A program made the position numbers and the translations under genes. Source: Macrostomum lignano (lineage: Eukaryota). Taken from it: 64,000 nt of DNA. The stretch spans positions 124,001-188,000 of the forward strand of contig NIVC01000587.1 in assembly GCA_002269645.1 (NCBI GenBank). Reading direction: 5' to 3'. Position 1 is the stretch's first letter, and each line of letters opens with the position of its first letter. Under the pieces are notes generated by a model, which did no database searches, had not been told where the DNA came from, and was given only the letters and a program-made list of their open reading frames with translations. This document shows positions 1 to 27,289 of this stretch, one piece after another.

Positions 1-2508
1 CAACTCAGAGACGTCCTTAAGAACCACTGCTCACCTGCTCCTTCCGAGATTGCTGCCAGATTCAAGTTTCAGCGCAGGATGCAGCAAGAAGGCGAATCGT
101 TCACAATCTTCCTGGCAGGTCTCAAGTCTGCGGCGGTGCACTGCAATTTCGGCTCAACACTGAATGAGCGACTTCGTGATCAGCTGGTATTTGGCATGAG
201 TAGCGATGCAATGCGCTCCAAGTTGTTGGAGAGTGCGAACAACTCCTACGAGGCGCTGACCACCCTGGCTATTTCCTTGGAGACTTCGCAGAGATCTTCA
301 AGCGAAATGTCGCTACCGTCGTCTGCACACCGAGTCACAGCTCAACCAGCTCCAACCGCACGCCCCAGCAGCAGGCAAGCCAATTCGATGAGACCATCAG
401 CCGGCGCGGCATCGCCCAAGACTAACCGTTGCGACAGCTGCGGAGGCTCTCATTCGCGACAGACCTGCATGCATCGCAGTGCCAAGTGCCACGGCTGCGG
501 CAGGCTCGGTCATCTCAAGAAGGTCTGCCGTTCATCCAATGCTTCCATCAAGATGGTAGACGAGTCTGACTCCGCCACAGAGGACGAACAGGAGGAGGAG
601 CCCATCTTCCACGTATCGAGCGCCTCCCGGTCGGCCATCATGGTGCCTCTGCAGGTGGAAAAGACGCTGACGCAGTTTGAGCTGGACACCGGATCAGCTG
701 TCAGCTTGGCACCAAAGTCCTTCTACGACCAGCATCTCAGCCACCTACCGCTGCGCCCATCGAGGACCACACTGCGTACCTACACTGACCAGGAGTTTTG
801 CCCGCTCGGCGAGGTGACTGTCAGTATCAACTATGAGGGACAGTCCTATGCGCTGCCACTGCTCATCGTGTCCGAAGGCGGCGCTCGGCTCCTTGGCCTC
901 AACTGGCTGACGGCCATCCGACTGGACTGGCCCCACTTGACTGCTCCAGTCAACGCCGTAGCGGAGAACCCCAACGACATCGCTGCAGAAATAATTCAGC
1001 AGTTTCCAGACGTCTTCGCGGACAACCTGGGCAAGTACCGACTGGGGGAGGTGAAGTTGCACGTCCAGGACAGCGCCACGCCCCGTTTCTACAAGGCCCG
1101 GCCAGTACCTTACGCCCTACGTGACAGCGTAGACAAGGAACTGCAGCGAATGGAGGCAGAGGGCGTCATCACTCCAATCACCACCTCCGACTGGGCGGCG
1201 CCGATTGTTCCGGTCGTTAAGAAGGATGGCTCGGTGCGCATATGCGGAGACCACAAATGCACCTTCAACCGCGTGGCCAAGCAGGAGCACTATCCATTGC
1301 CGAGGATCGAGGACCTGTTCGCACGGCTGGGCGGCGGCTACAAGTGGAGCAAGCTCGACCTGGCCAAGGCGTTTATGCAGCTGCCGATCTCCGAGGATAG
1401 CAAGCAGTTCCTCGTCGTCAACACCCAGCGAGGACTGTTTCAAGTCAACCGCTTGCCCTTCGGCATCTGCTCGGCCAGCGCCATCTTCCAGCGCGTGCTC
1501 GACACCCTGGTGGGGCACCTCGACGGTGTTCAAGTCTACCAGGATGACATCTTGGTGACGGGCTCTACATTGGCTGCGCACAAGGCCAACCTGATGCAAG
1601 TGCTGCACAAGCTGCAAGAGGCCGGTCTGCACATCAACGTGACCAAGTGCGCCTTCTTCAGAGATTCGATCGACTACCTGGGTCACCGGATCGACCGTCA
1701 CGGTTTGCGGCCACTCGCTGACAAGATCGAGGCCGTGCAGCGTGCGCCGGCGCCGACCGATGTGAGTCAGGTGCGCTCCTACCTGGGCATGCTGACTCAC
1801 TATGCAAAGTTCCTGCCCAACTTGGCGTCGGTTGTAGCACCTCTCAACCACCTGCTTACCAAGGGCGCAACTTGGAAGTGGGGCGATCCCGAGGACCAGG
1901 CCTTCCGTGCTTCAAAGCAGCTGTTGCTGGACTCTAGTGCCCTGATGCACTTCAACCCGGACTTGCCTCTTCGGCTGGAGTGCGACGCGTCAGCATACGG
2001 CATTGGCGTCGTGCTCAGCCACCGCGTGAACGGCCAAGACCAAGCGATCGCGTTCGCCAGCAAGTCTCTGACCTCAGCCCAGCGCAATTACTCCCAGCTG
2101 GACAAGGAGGCGCTGGCAATCATCTACGGCGTGCAGCGCTTTCACCAATTTCTTTACGGTCGCCACTTCACCATCGTGACGGATCATCGGCCGCTCCTCG
2201 GACTGCCTGGCCCGGACAAGGAAATCCCGACGCGTGCTGCTGCCAGAATGCAGAGGTGGGCCATCCGACTATCGGGCTACCAGTACTCCATGGAGTTCCG
2301 GCCGACCGAGAAGCACGGAAACTGCGATTCCCTCTCCCGCCTGCCGCTCAAGGGCAACTTCGTCGAAGAAGCCGCGGTGCACTCGCTCACTCTAGAGGAC
2401 GATTCGAGCGTCGCAGTGACTGCTGCTGCCATTGCCAAGGCAACTCAAGCCGACACGGCAGTCAAAGCTGCTGTGGGCCCTGCGGTCGGGACAGGAGCTG
2501 CCAGCTAA
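1..2508 (+). pseudogene. gag-pol: gag-protease-RT-RNase H reading frame of the Gypsy element (open from base 1)
   Basis: Zinc knuckles CDSCGGSHSRQTC and CHGCGRLGHLKKVC; protease LDTGS; RT LDLAKAF, PFG and YQDD; RNase H CDAS, ELALI-like EALAI, TDH and NCDSLSR. The frame is lost near 2455. Confidence 0.95.
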
Positions 2509-3229
2509 CGACTTCCCGGACTTCGCCCATCGTCAAGCAGAGCTTTCAGTCGAAGCCGGTTGTGTGCTGATGGGATCTCGCGTCGTTATCCCGGACACCC
2601 TGCGCCAGTCGGTGCTGCGGGAGCTGCATCTGGCACATCCCGGTGCGAGCCGAATGAAGGCCCTCGCACGGAGCTTCGTCTGGTGGCCTGGGCTAGACAA
2701 GGAACTAGAGCAGCTCGGGAGAGAGTGCGACACCTGCAGAGCTCATCAGGCAGACCCAGCAAAGGCTCCAGTGCATCCCTGGCTGTTCCCCAACGAACCA
2801 TGGAGCCGCCTACATGTCGACTTCGCCGGCCCAGTAAACGGTCGAATGTACATAGTCATTGTCGACGCCTACAGCAAATGGCCCGAAGTTCGCCTCATCA
2901 GCGACACGTCTGCTGGCGGGACCATCGGGCATCTCCGTGACGTATTCTGCAACTTGGGCCTGCCAAGGATTCTCGTCTCCGACAACGGCCCCCAGTTCGC
3001 CTCTCGTGAGTTCGCTGACTTCATGCGTAGCAACGGGATCCGGCACGTGACTTCAGCGCCCTACCACCCGGCCACCAACGGACAGGCCGAAAGATTCGTG
3101 CAGACGCTGAAATCTCACATCAGGAAGTCGGGTCACTCTGCGGAAGCCATGCAGCGCTTCCTGTTTGCCTACCGGATCACGCCGCATTCGAGCACCGGTG
3201 CCTCACCAAGCGAACTGCTATTCGGACGT

Positions 3230-3474
3230 TGTTGTTGTTGTTGTTACTCCCGGCCGGAGATCCGGGGGGCGTGTCTGCGCCCCTACCGTGCGGAGGAAAT
3301 CGAGCGCGCGGAGGCCGTCCGTCGAGAGGACGGCCAGCGGGGCGCTCGAAGACCCTCGCACGGGTCCAGGGTGGTGGCTGCACTTGGCCGGGCGAACCCG
3401 GACGGTCCCGCCGCGTGAAGGCGGCAGCCATGGGAAGCGCGCGAGCGCGCTCCGGGAGGCGGAACCTCCCGACC
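3230..3474 (-). mobile_element. 5'-truncated non-LTR retrotransposon 3' end with (AAC)n tail, inserted in the integrase
   Basis: 13-bp TSD GCTATTCGGACGT at 3217-3229 and 3475-3487. On the minus strand it ends in (AAC)5-6. One minus frame reads LAVLSTDGLRALDFLRTVG, resembling a LINE ORF2 C-terminus. Confidence 0.88.
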
Positions 3475-3595
3475 GCTATTCGGACGTCGCCTGCGATCCC
3501 GGCTGGACCTCCTGCGACCGTCCCTGGCTGAACAGATGCGACACCGTCAGAGTGCGAGCACCAACTCGACGCCCCGCCAAGCCCGGTCCTTCGAA

Positions 3596-3661
3596 CGAAC
3601 CCACGCGGGGAAACCCCAATGGATTAGCAATCCATTGCCATAACCACTCGGCCACCTCGTC
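3596..3661 (-). pseudogene. tRNA-Ser(GCT): 3'-truncated tRNA-Ser(GCT) copy (nt 1-57) embedded in the Gypsy integrase region
   Basis: Minus strand reads GACGAGG TG GCC GAGTGGTTAT GGC A ATGGA TT GCT AA TCCAT T GGGG TTT CCCC GC GTGGG TTCG. This matches eukaryotic tRNA-Ser(GCT), including the anticodon stem-loop and paired variable arm. The 3' T-stem and acceptor strand are absent. Confidence 0.92.
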
Positions 3662-4107
3662 GGCTGGCGGCCTGGCCTCGTCATGGCGGCGGGCAAGCGC
3701 AACTACGATGTCAAGGTCGGCGAGGGCATCGTCCAGCGCCACATCGACCAACTCCTGCCAGAGCAGCGTCAGCAGCCTCCAGCAGTACCGGCTGTCGCGG
3801 CACCCGACCGAGTACCACCATCAATCTCCGAAACGACACCGCCGTCTGAGGTGGGCCCGGACAGCTCAACTTCGGAGACTTCGGCAGCGGCCCCGACAGC
3901 TGCTCTCGCTGGACCTGCTCCTGCTCCGATCACAGAAGTCGCCGGACAGCAGGCCGGAGCCATGCGCCGATATCCAGAACGCATTCGGCTCGCGCCTGCC
4001 AGGTTTCAGGCGGGCAGTGATTGAACCTTGTGACACTGACTTCACTCACAAACTAATCTTGAATCACCATGCTTTTTTTCGAGTTTTAACTCCCTGTGGG
4101 GAGGAAG

Positions 4108-4386
4108 TGTCGTGTAGCTCCCAGTATGTGCATGCACTCAGTACGAGTATTGATTTGTATTTGTACTTTCCTATTATTTCTTTCTCTATTATTATCTACG
4201 CAAGCTTGGCACGTTAGGTTTGAGTTATTGCTATTTGAGTTATGGGCAAATTGTGTACGCTTAAATTATGTCATCACTCTCGCGCACGCAGCATCGCTTT
4301 ACAATATAAATACAGACATCAGAGCTTTGATAGCTCTCTCGTAGTCTTCAACCACTTTAAACAAGCAGCATAGCTGATTTACTACA
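4108..4386 (+). mobile_element. 3' LTR (~279 bp)
   Basis: Starts with TGTCGT directly after the PPT. The best terminal inverted match is ACTACA at 4381-4386; an alternative end is GTTACA at 4400. Contains AATATAAA at ~4303. Confidence 0.75.
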
Positions 4387-4615
4387 ATAGTAGTGTTACA
4401 TCCTTTAATCATCAGAAGCAATACTGGATATGCCTTTAATATGCTTATGGATTGATGTGTGTCGTGCTTGTCAATAATGCAAATTGATGACTTATTGTTA
4501 ATGCAGTAATTTCGATTAACAGTAGGAGGACTTTTTATTACGAGCATATTGGCAGAGTATCTCTATAATTAATGCTTATTCTAAGCAGGGTAATTCTCTC
4601 AGATTATCCGCCGGT

Positions 4616-5420
4616 TCAACAGCTGATTCCAGTGTCCAGAATCCAACAAATTCGGTTCATTCCAGTGTCCAGAATCCAACAAATTCGGTTCATTCCAGTG
4701 TCCAGAATCCAACAAATTCGGTTCATTCCAGTGTCCAGAATCCAATCAATTTGGTTCATTCCAGTGTCCAGAATCCAACAAATTCGGTTCATTCCAGTGT
4801 CCAGAATCCAACAAATTCGGTTCATTCCAGTGTCCAGAATCCAACAAATTCGGTTCATTCCAGTGTCCAGAATCCAACAAATTCGGTTCATTCCAGTGTC
4901 CAGAATCCAACAAATTCGGTTCATTCCAGTGTCCAGAATCCAACAAATTCGGTTCATTCCAGTGTCCAGAATCCAATCAATTCAATTCATTTCAATGTCC
5001 ATAATCCAATCAATTCAATTCATTTCAATGTCCATAATCCAATCAATTCAATTCATTTCAATGTCCATAATCCAATCAATTCAATTCATTTCAATGTCCA
5101 GAATCCAATCAATTCAATTCATTTCAATGTCCAGAATCCAATCAATTCAATTCATTCCAATGTCCAGAATCAATCAATTCAATTCATTTCAATGTCCATA
5201 ATCCAATCAATTCAATTCATTTCAATGTCCATAATCCAATCAATTCAATTCATTTCAATGTCCAGAATCCAATCAATTCAATTCATTTCAATGTCCAGAA
5301 TCCAATCAATTCAATTCATTTCAATGTCCATAATCCAATCAATTCAATTCATTTCAATGTCCATAATCCAATCAATTCAATTCATTTCAATGTCCATAAT
5401 CCAATCTATTCGGTTCATTT
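4616..5420. repeat. 33-bp minisatellite with two sequence variants in blocks
   Basis: ATTCCAGTGTCCAGAATCCAACAAATTCGGTTC units switch at ~4975 to ATTTCAATGTCCATAATCCAATCAATTCAATTC. Confidence 0.95.
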
Positions 5421-5565
5421 CAGTTAATTACCTGCCATCAACTTTAAGCATCATTTTGCTTTCAGCAAGAAATTGTCAGCTATCATTTATCAGTTTCTCC
5501 CTTGTAGGGTTTAGGCTTTCATTGTTACCTTTACAATAATTGAGTATTATCGATCTAGTCAATTT

Positions 5566-5777
5566 GGGTTGCTTTCACAAGCGCGAAATTTCACAACCGC
5601 TAAAATTTTTGCACTTACTTTCATATACGACAGTCTTTTTAGCAGTTCATTCATCTATAGATGACATTTCGCGGTTGTGAAGTTTCGCGGTTGTGAAGTT
5701 TTGCGTTTATGAAATTTAGCGCTTATGTAAGTAGTTGATTTAGCGGTTGTGAAATTTCGCGTTTATGAAATCCACCC
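5566..5777. mobile_element. small MITE-like element with imperfect terminal inverted repeats
   Basis: GCGCGAAATTTCACAACCGCTAAA (5581-5604) is inverted at 5738-5761. The match extends imperfectly to GGG (5566) and CCC (5777). Internal repeats of GCGGTTGTGAA. Confidence 0.6.
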
Positions 5778-5800
5778 GTCAATTTTATCGTGTTTCACAG

Positions 5801-18582
<12,782 letters not shown>

Positions 18583-19914
18583 CTACTCGGCCAAGTAGTA
18601 GTCTGAGCTGTGCATATAAATCCATATTGCTGATGCCGAATGCTTATTAAATTGTTAAGCATGCAATTCGATCGCTATCCCACTGCAGCTAAATCATCAC
18701 CAATTCGGTTAGATCGAATCAAAAATGTTTATTACTTTCTTGATTAATAAATAAATATCCATATATCTGATTTCAAGGCGTTGGTATTCTGTTGTCTGCG
18801 CGCGTGTTGTTTTTCGTTTTCTCTCTTTAGTTTCGAATTTAATCATCATTTCTATAGCTGTTTGCTTTTCTCTCATATTGTTGCTTTTGAAACAAAAATA
18901 ATAAATATGAATAATTAATCCAAGTCTGCTTCTGTGTTTTTGTTTCTTTTGCAAAGCGTCAAGTCTTTAATTGTTTAATTGGTTAGAGCGGTTAAGATCC
19001 ATAAGAACGAATATGAAAAGCGAATTTGTGCATGAAAAATGGATTCTTCAAAATAAAATTTCGATGGAGATTGCGCCCAAGGAAGCCGACTACTGCTTCT
19101 GTGGCACCAGTTTTTGCATGCGCTGTACATGTCTAAATTTCACTTGCTGGCCTGACGTGGCTACTGTTAGTAGTCTGGAGAGTGAGTTGGCTGCCGTAGT
19201 TATTCGGTAGCCACCTTATTAATTTAAAAAAAACTGTTTCGATAAAAATAGCCAAGTTCAGTAGATTTAAATTTCAGTATTTTGACTCTGTGTTCAAAAT
19301 GGTTTCATATTTCTTTACTCTCCTATACGTCTAGAAAAGTCTTAATGTTTATTCAGCCCGCCAGATTCCTCGTTTTTTCATGCTTTCCCTGAATTTGTCA
19401 TCTGCAATATAGTTACTACTGTTACCTCTACCTGCCATTTTGTTTAAACCTACTTCACGCTTGTTTATCTGTGAACATTTAGAATCAGTGGCTTTTGTAA
19501 CGAATTTGTCTTCGTTTTCTTGTTTTACATCGACGGGTTATTAATTCTCTTGTTGAGGCTCGTCAGTGATTTTTGCTAGAATAGTATTTTATATACTGTA
19601 TTTTCATTGTCGCAATATTTCATTTTTGTCTCTAATTAATGTCCCTTATATCTTATTGGTTTTTTACTAGTCAAAAGCAATCCAGAATTTTGTACAATGT
19701 ACAATGCTCCTTGCATTTACCCGAGTGATACGAGCGAATGAAAGCGATTTTCAAGCTCAATACGACTTGGTGATGATGATTAATCCATCTTGAAAACACA
19801 CCCTAACCGCCCAAAATCTAAATCTAATTTTAACTCGTAACCCAAAACCATCAATTTAACTTTAATATACTACTGATCTGTCAAACGTAACTAATAACTT
19901 CCTATCTCTTAATG

Positions 19915-20375
19915 CACCTGTACACCCGCCCTGACCAAGCCTATACCAACCCCATTTCCCTCTCTCAGTGTACAGTCGCCTGCCCCCACCAAGCCTATGC
20001 CAACCCCATTTACGTCTCTCAGTGTACACTCGCCTGCCCCCACCAAGCCTATGCCAACCCCATTTCCGTCTCTCAGTGTACACTCGCCTGCCCCCACCAA
20101 GCCTATACCAACCCCATTTCCGTCTCTCAGTGTACACTCGCCTGTCCCCACCAAGCCTATGCCAACCCCATTTCCGTCTCTCAGTGTACACCCGTCTGCC
20201 CCCACCAAGCCTATGCCAACCCCATTTCCGTCTCTCAGTGTACACTCGCCTATCCCCACCAAGCCTATACCAACCACATTTCCCTCTCTCAGTGTACATC
20301 CGCCTCCACCAAGTCTATGTCAACCCCATTTCTGTCTCTCGATGTACACCCGTCTGCCCCCACCAAGCCTATACC
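19915..20375. repeat. 54-bp minisatellite
   Basis: GTGTACACTCGCCTGCCCCCACCAAGCCTATGCCAACCCCATTTCCGTCTCTCA units. Confidence 0.95.
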
Positions 20376-22087
20376 AAAGCGACTGCACTCATTCCAACCC
20401 TTGTTAAAGTTTTCAATCTGATGCGATACTTTTTGGCATCAAATTTGAAGGGTGTTATTTGCAAATCTAGCGAAAGAACGATGGCCTTAATGTTTTAGTC
20501 CCTTGCATTTTCCCTTTGGTTGGTGTATTGTCTCCTATCTGTAATTGAAACTGATAGTGTTCCATTCGGTATTCTAGGCAGTTTTTGTATTTGCATATAA
20601 AGTCCATATTAACCCCAGCATGGCTTTAATCCAGGCAAGTTTTTCCTCGTGTTGCTGCTCAATGTTTGGTCAACAAATCTGCTGAAAATTTATCTACTTA
20701 TAACTTAAAATGTAAGTTCATCTCAGCGTTTTTTATATTTAAGTTTTTTTATATCGCTTGTTTGTGTTAAGCATATCGTTGCTAAAATTTTCAGCAAACA
20801 TTTTGTTTAACCTGCAGCACTGTTTATATTATACTTGTTTCTTTAGTATATCAAAAACCGTTTAAAAATAAATTGTCGACTTTTTAGTTTGTTTGTATTG
20901 TCCAGTTTTTGTCTAACAGTTATTAACCTCCCATTCCTTACAAAGCTTTGCGGATAAAACAACAAAAATGTTAGATGCTTCTTTCGCGGCTGTTTTTTTT
21001 TAATTTAGTGACTTTGACTTTAGCGAGTTGGTACTAGTGGTGCAATAGACTGATGCAAGAAAATATAGGCAAAAATGATCCAGCACCGAAAACAAAAAAA
21101 AACAAAATTCGCACCACCTCCCTTAAATCGCCTGGGCCATAGTCGCCTGGTGTCATCTTTTGAAAGTGCCGACGGAGTCGGACTGACGACTGAATGCTTG
21201 AGAGACTAGCTGAGGATGTCCAGCAGTTGAGGCTTGCCCACTGTCGAGGCTTGATCAGCGAAACTAGAGAAATTCGCAACGGGGTGTCCATAGTCACCTG
21301 GTGCCATCTGTTGAAAGTCCAGAAGCTCCGCCTGGGTGAAAACCAGTGACCAACGAAGTCAGAGCTGATGCAGGCACGTGTTCGACGTGCTGATGAAATT
21401 TGGAGGCTTGGCAAGGCTGCGCTGAGGCGCAGTGCTGATTGGCGCACAGGGGTGTACTGAATACCCTAGCGCTTATGGGAAAAATCTGACCTGACAGAAT
21501 CGTTGAATATCTCGCCGATCCGGAGGGCTAGCGACTTGAGTCTTGTTTAAAAAGGTGCGCAACAAAAAAGTTACTGGTAATTATTTACGAGTAAAACAAC
21601 AATAAAATTACATTACACGCTCCTTTAACCTAAATTACATTGAACTAATGAACGATAGGTAAGAGTACTAATAAACAATTGCAACACAGATATGAAAATC
21701 AATATTTACTATTCGTGTGAATCAATCTTTCCAGGGGTTCTTTTCTTTAAGGGATTAATCAAACTGGTGTTTAATGGAGACAATAAGGTTTAAATTAACA
21801 AGGATCCAAGATTTTAAGTCTCTAGCGGTATTCGTCCATGCAACGGACAGGAGTAGTGGAGGAGATGGGGACTTCTATGCCACTATGGAATTCTGTGCAC
21901 AAATTCCGACCGACGATAAGATCAATACGATCATCTTGCTTGACATCTGACTTATACATTGTACATTATACGAGCTTATCGTACGAGTATTTTTAGCTAC
22001 AGCTGCAGCTGCGAGGTTGGCATTCTTGTCTTATTCTTTGTATCCTTTGCTTGCCGCAGACCCAAATGTTGACGAAAACCCCTCCTA

Positions 22088-22985
22088 TCAGCCGGGCGCT
22101 CTCTGATTGGCCCAGCCGAGGGGGTGTCGACCTGGGGCAGACTTGAAATCTTGGCCTTGTATCTCGCGCCCGGCGGCTAGCCGTGAAATCCACTAGTCAA
22201 AAATTCCCGGCTCAAGCCGGTGGGTCCACCGTGGACCCACGCTCGGCTAGGCGTACTGGCTGTGGACTTGCGATTTTTTTATTGCCTCATGCGCTACTAA
22301 AAAAGGGGGCGGGAAACTGACCAAATCATGCAGAAAATAGTTGGAGACAGGTTTTTTCTAATGCTCCCTGCTACGCTAGTAGTTTTTTCACCATCTTGTA
22401 CAGAATTTATCTCTCAACAACTCTATTTTTGTCAATCTTCACTCTGAGAGGAGCAGTGAGCTTTTTTGTACAGTATTCCCTTTTTCTAGGGAGTTTAACA
22501 TAGCAAACGCCTTATAGAAATGTGCATTTAGACTTACTTGTTGTCTAGGCTTTCTGCACAAGCATCATCGCTATTCAGTTTGTCGCCGCTTCTGTTACGT
22601 CGTCTAAAAATTTCGAAATTAGTCTTCAATAACGTTGTAAAAAATTTAAATTACCGTTTTTTCTTCATTACATTATAATCAGTGAAAGAATTAAAACGAT
22701 TCGATCTTTTGCTCATGATTTTTCACTAAAATCATTCACAATCCATAATCCTACTTAGCGATCAGACTAATCTCTGTCAGCAAAATTTCTCTTATTTTAT
22801 ATACAGTGCAATGAGTGTTTGCTATATTTATTATGTTCTACTCAAACTAGTACGGAGTAGCGCATAGGGCAATAAAAAATCGCAAGTCCACAGCCAGTAC
22901 GGCTAGCCGAGCTGTGGCCTTGATCCGGGGGTTGGCGTAGCTAGCGCGGCTTTCCCTCAAGGTCGATCACGCGTGGTCCGGCTGA
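22088..22985. mobile_element. non-autonomous DNA transposon (MITE) with TA target duplication
   Basis: TA|TCAGCCGG (22086-22095) ... CCGGCTGA|TA (22978-22987). A ~60-bp internal inverted repeat lies at ~22250-22308 and ~22857-22912. No coding capacity. Confidence 0.65.
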
Positions 22986-23825
22986 TAAGATAAGAAGATA
23001 ATAATAGACTTGAATACTCGCACTAATAATACGCACGCGGCACGCGTGCGAACAAACAGCTAACTAATGGCACTAAACTAAACTAAACTAACTAACTAAA
23101 CTAAGCTAAACTAAAATAAACCAAATAATCAATTAATTAGACGTGACTCAAACTCGTCAGAAAGAAATAATTACGTGAAATAATACAATATTCATGAACA
23201 CATTCTTTTACTCAACTAAAAACACAATTTACCTTCTATTTCTATGAAAACATGATCACACTGCATTGATTTAGAATTGTTGTCATTGTTTAAATCATTA
23301 GAATTGTCAACATGAAGTATCAGCATCCTGTGCATGAAACATTAATCAATATATTTTATTACAGACTTAACACATCTGCGATTGTAGGTCAGTCAATAAA
23401 TACTTCGCCTAGCAAAGACAAAATCCAGAAGCGCCTGAGAATAGTCTATGGCAACAAGCTGTCGTGTTGCGGCTCCTTATTTAACGTATTTTAAAGCTAT
23501 AAAAGTACATTTTTAAGCCAACGTCTTTTGTAAAGATTATGGCTATACCATAGAGACTCTGACCATACATTCATCTTAAGAAGCAATTCCGCACCAAGAA
23601 ACTTTTGTCAGTGAAAAAATTCAACCCTTTTCTAATCGAAGCCTTGCCCTACATGTATTATTATACCCCACTATAACTTGGAATCAGGCATTTACACAGC
23701 GCATTGCTCGCCAATGAAGTGTGCAAGTTGAAAGTCACACAGCTTATCTATTCAATTGAATGGGCGGGCCCGCCCATCAACAGCTGCCACTGTACACAGC
23801 CTGAGGCTGTGGAGCTACTCAATCC

Positions 23826-26823
<2,998 letters not shown>

Positions 26824-27289
26824 CTGACAGCAACAGACAAACAAACAGGCAGACTTTAACTATTAGCTAGCTCAAAGAGATAGTCTAAGATGAATGATCA
26901 TCTGCTTATTTGCAGCGAATCGTTTCTTGATTTTGTCTCAAAATTGACTGTCGCGGATTTACGAGCCCCTAAGTCCTCCTACCGAAGGAATAGCTTTGCG
27001 CCCCATCTCCCCACTACTGCTCTAGGCTGAACCACTTTAAGTACATGTGCGAGTAATTTAATAAACGCTTGAAATCGTTTAGACACTCCCTTTTTTCTAC
27101 CCATTTTCTGGATTGCCTCACTAATTGCTGCGTCAGAAAAGCCCGTTTGCGCTTTGCTTTGAATCTTGTGACGACCTTAGTTTTTTGCATTAATTAGAAT
27201 TTCCGCTATCGCTTGTTTTTTGAAGTAAGAATTTGAGAAAAATGTTAGAGAACACTGCAAATATATTCTAGGACTCGGGCACGGCAGGA

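Larger units (their letters stand above)
2432..4024 (+). pseudogene. Gypsy integrase, disrupted
   Basis: HHCC (HLAH...CDTC) and D-D35-E core (HVDF, SDNGPQF, AERFV). After ELLFGR the frame is broken by an insertion and resumes at 3488 as RLRSRLDLLRP. The C-terminal GWRPG...RHIDQL segment starts at ~3662. Confidence 0.92.
1..4386 (+). mobile_element. Ty3/Gypsy LTR retrotransposon (Mag-like), 5' part outside window, inactivated
   Basis: Domain order gag-PR-RT-RNaseH-IN is the Gypsy order. It is followed by a polypurine tract (GGGGAGGAAG, 4098-4107) and an LTR. It carries frameshifts and two insertions. The Mag-clade assignment is inferred from the two gag zinc knuckles in a single gag-pol frame. 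Confidence 0.95.

Noticed and set aside
2440-2510. Programmed ribosomal frameshift between RNase H and integrase
   Set aside because: No slippery heptamer is visible, Gypsy pol is normally one frame here, and the copy has other lesions. A mutation or sequencing indel is more likely.
3617-3637. Perfect 9-bp hairpin, first read as a transposon excision footprint
   Set aside because: It is the extended anticodon stem-loop of the embedded tRNA-Ser(GCT) copy.
5765-5800. ATG at 5765 as the start of the KASH-like gene
   Set aside because: It lies inside the MITE terminal repeat, and a good acceptor (TTTCACAG) at 5800 explains the exon better.
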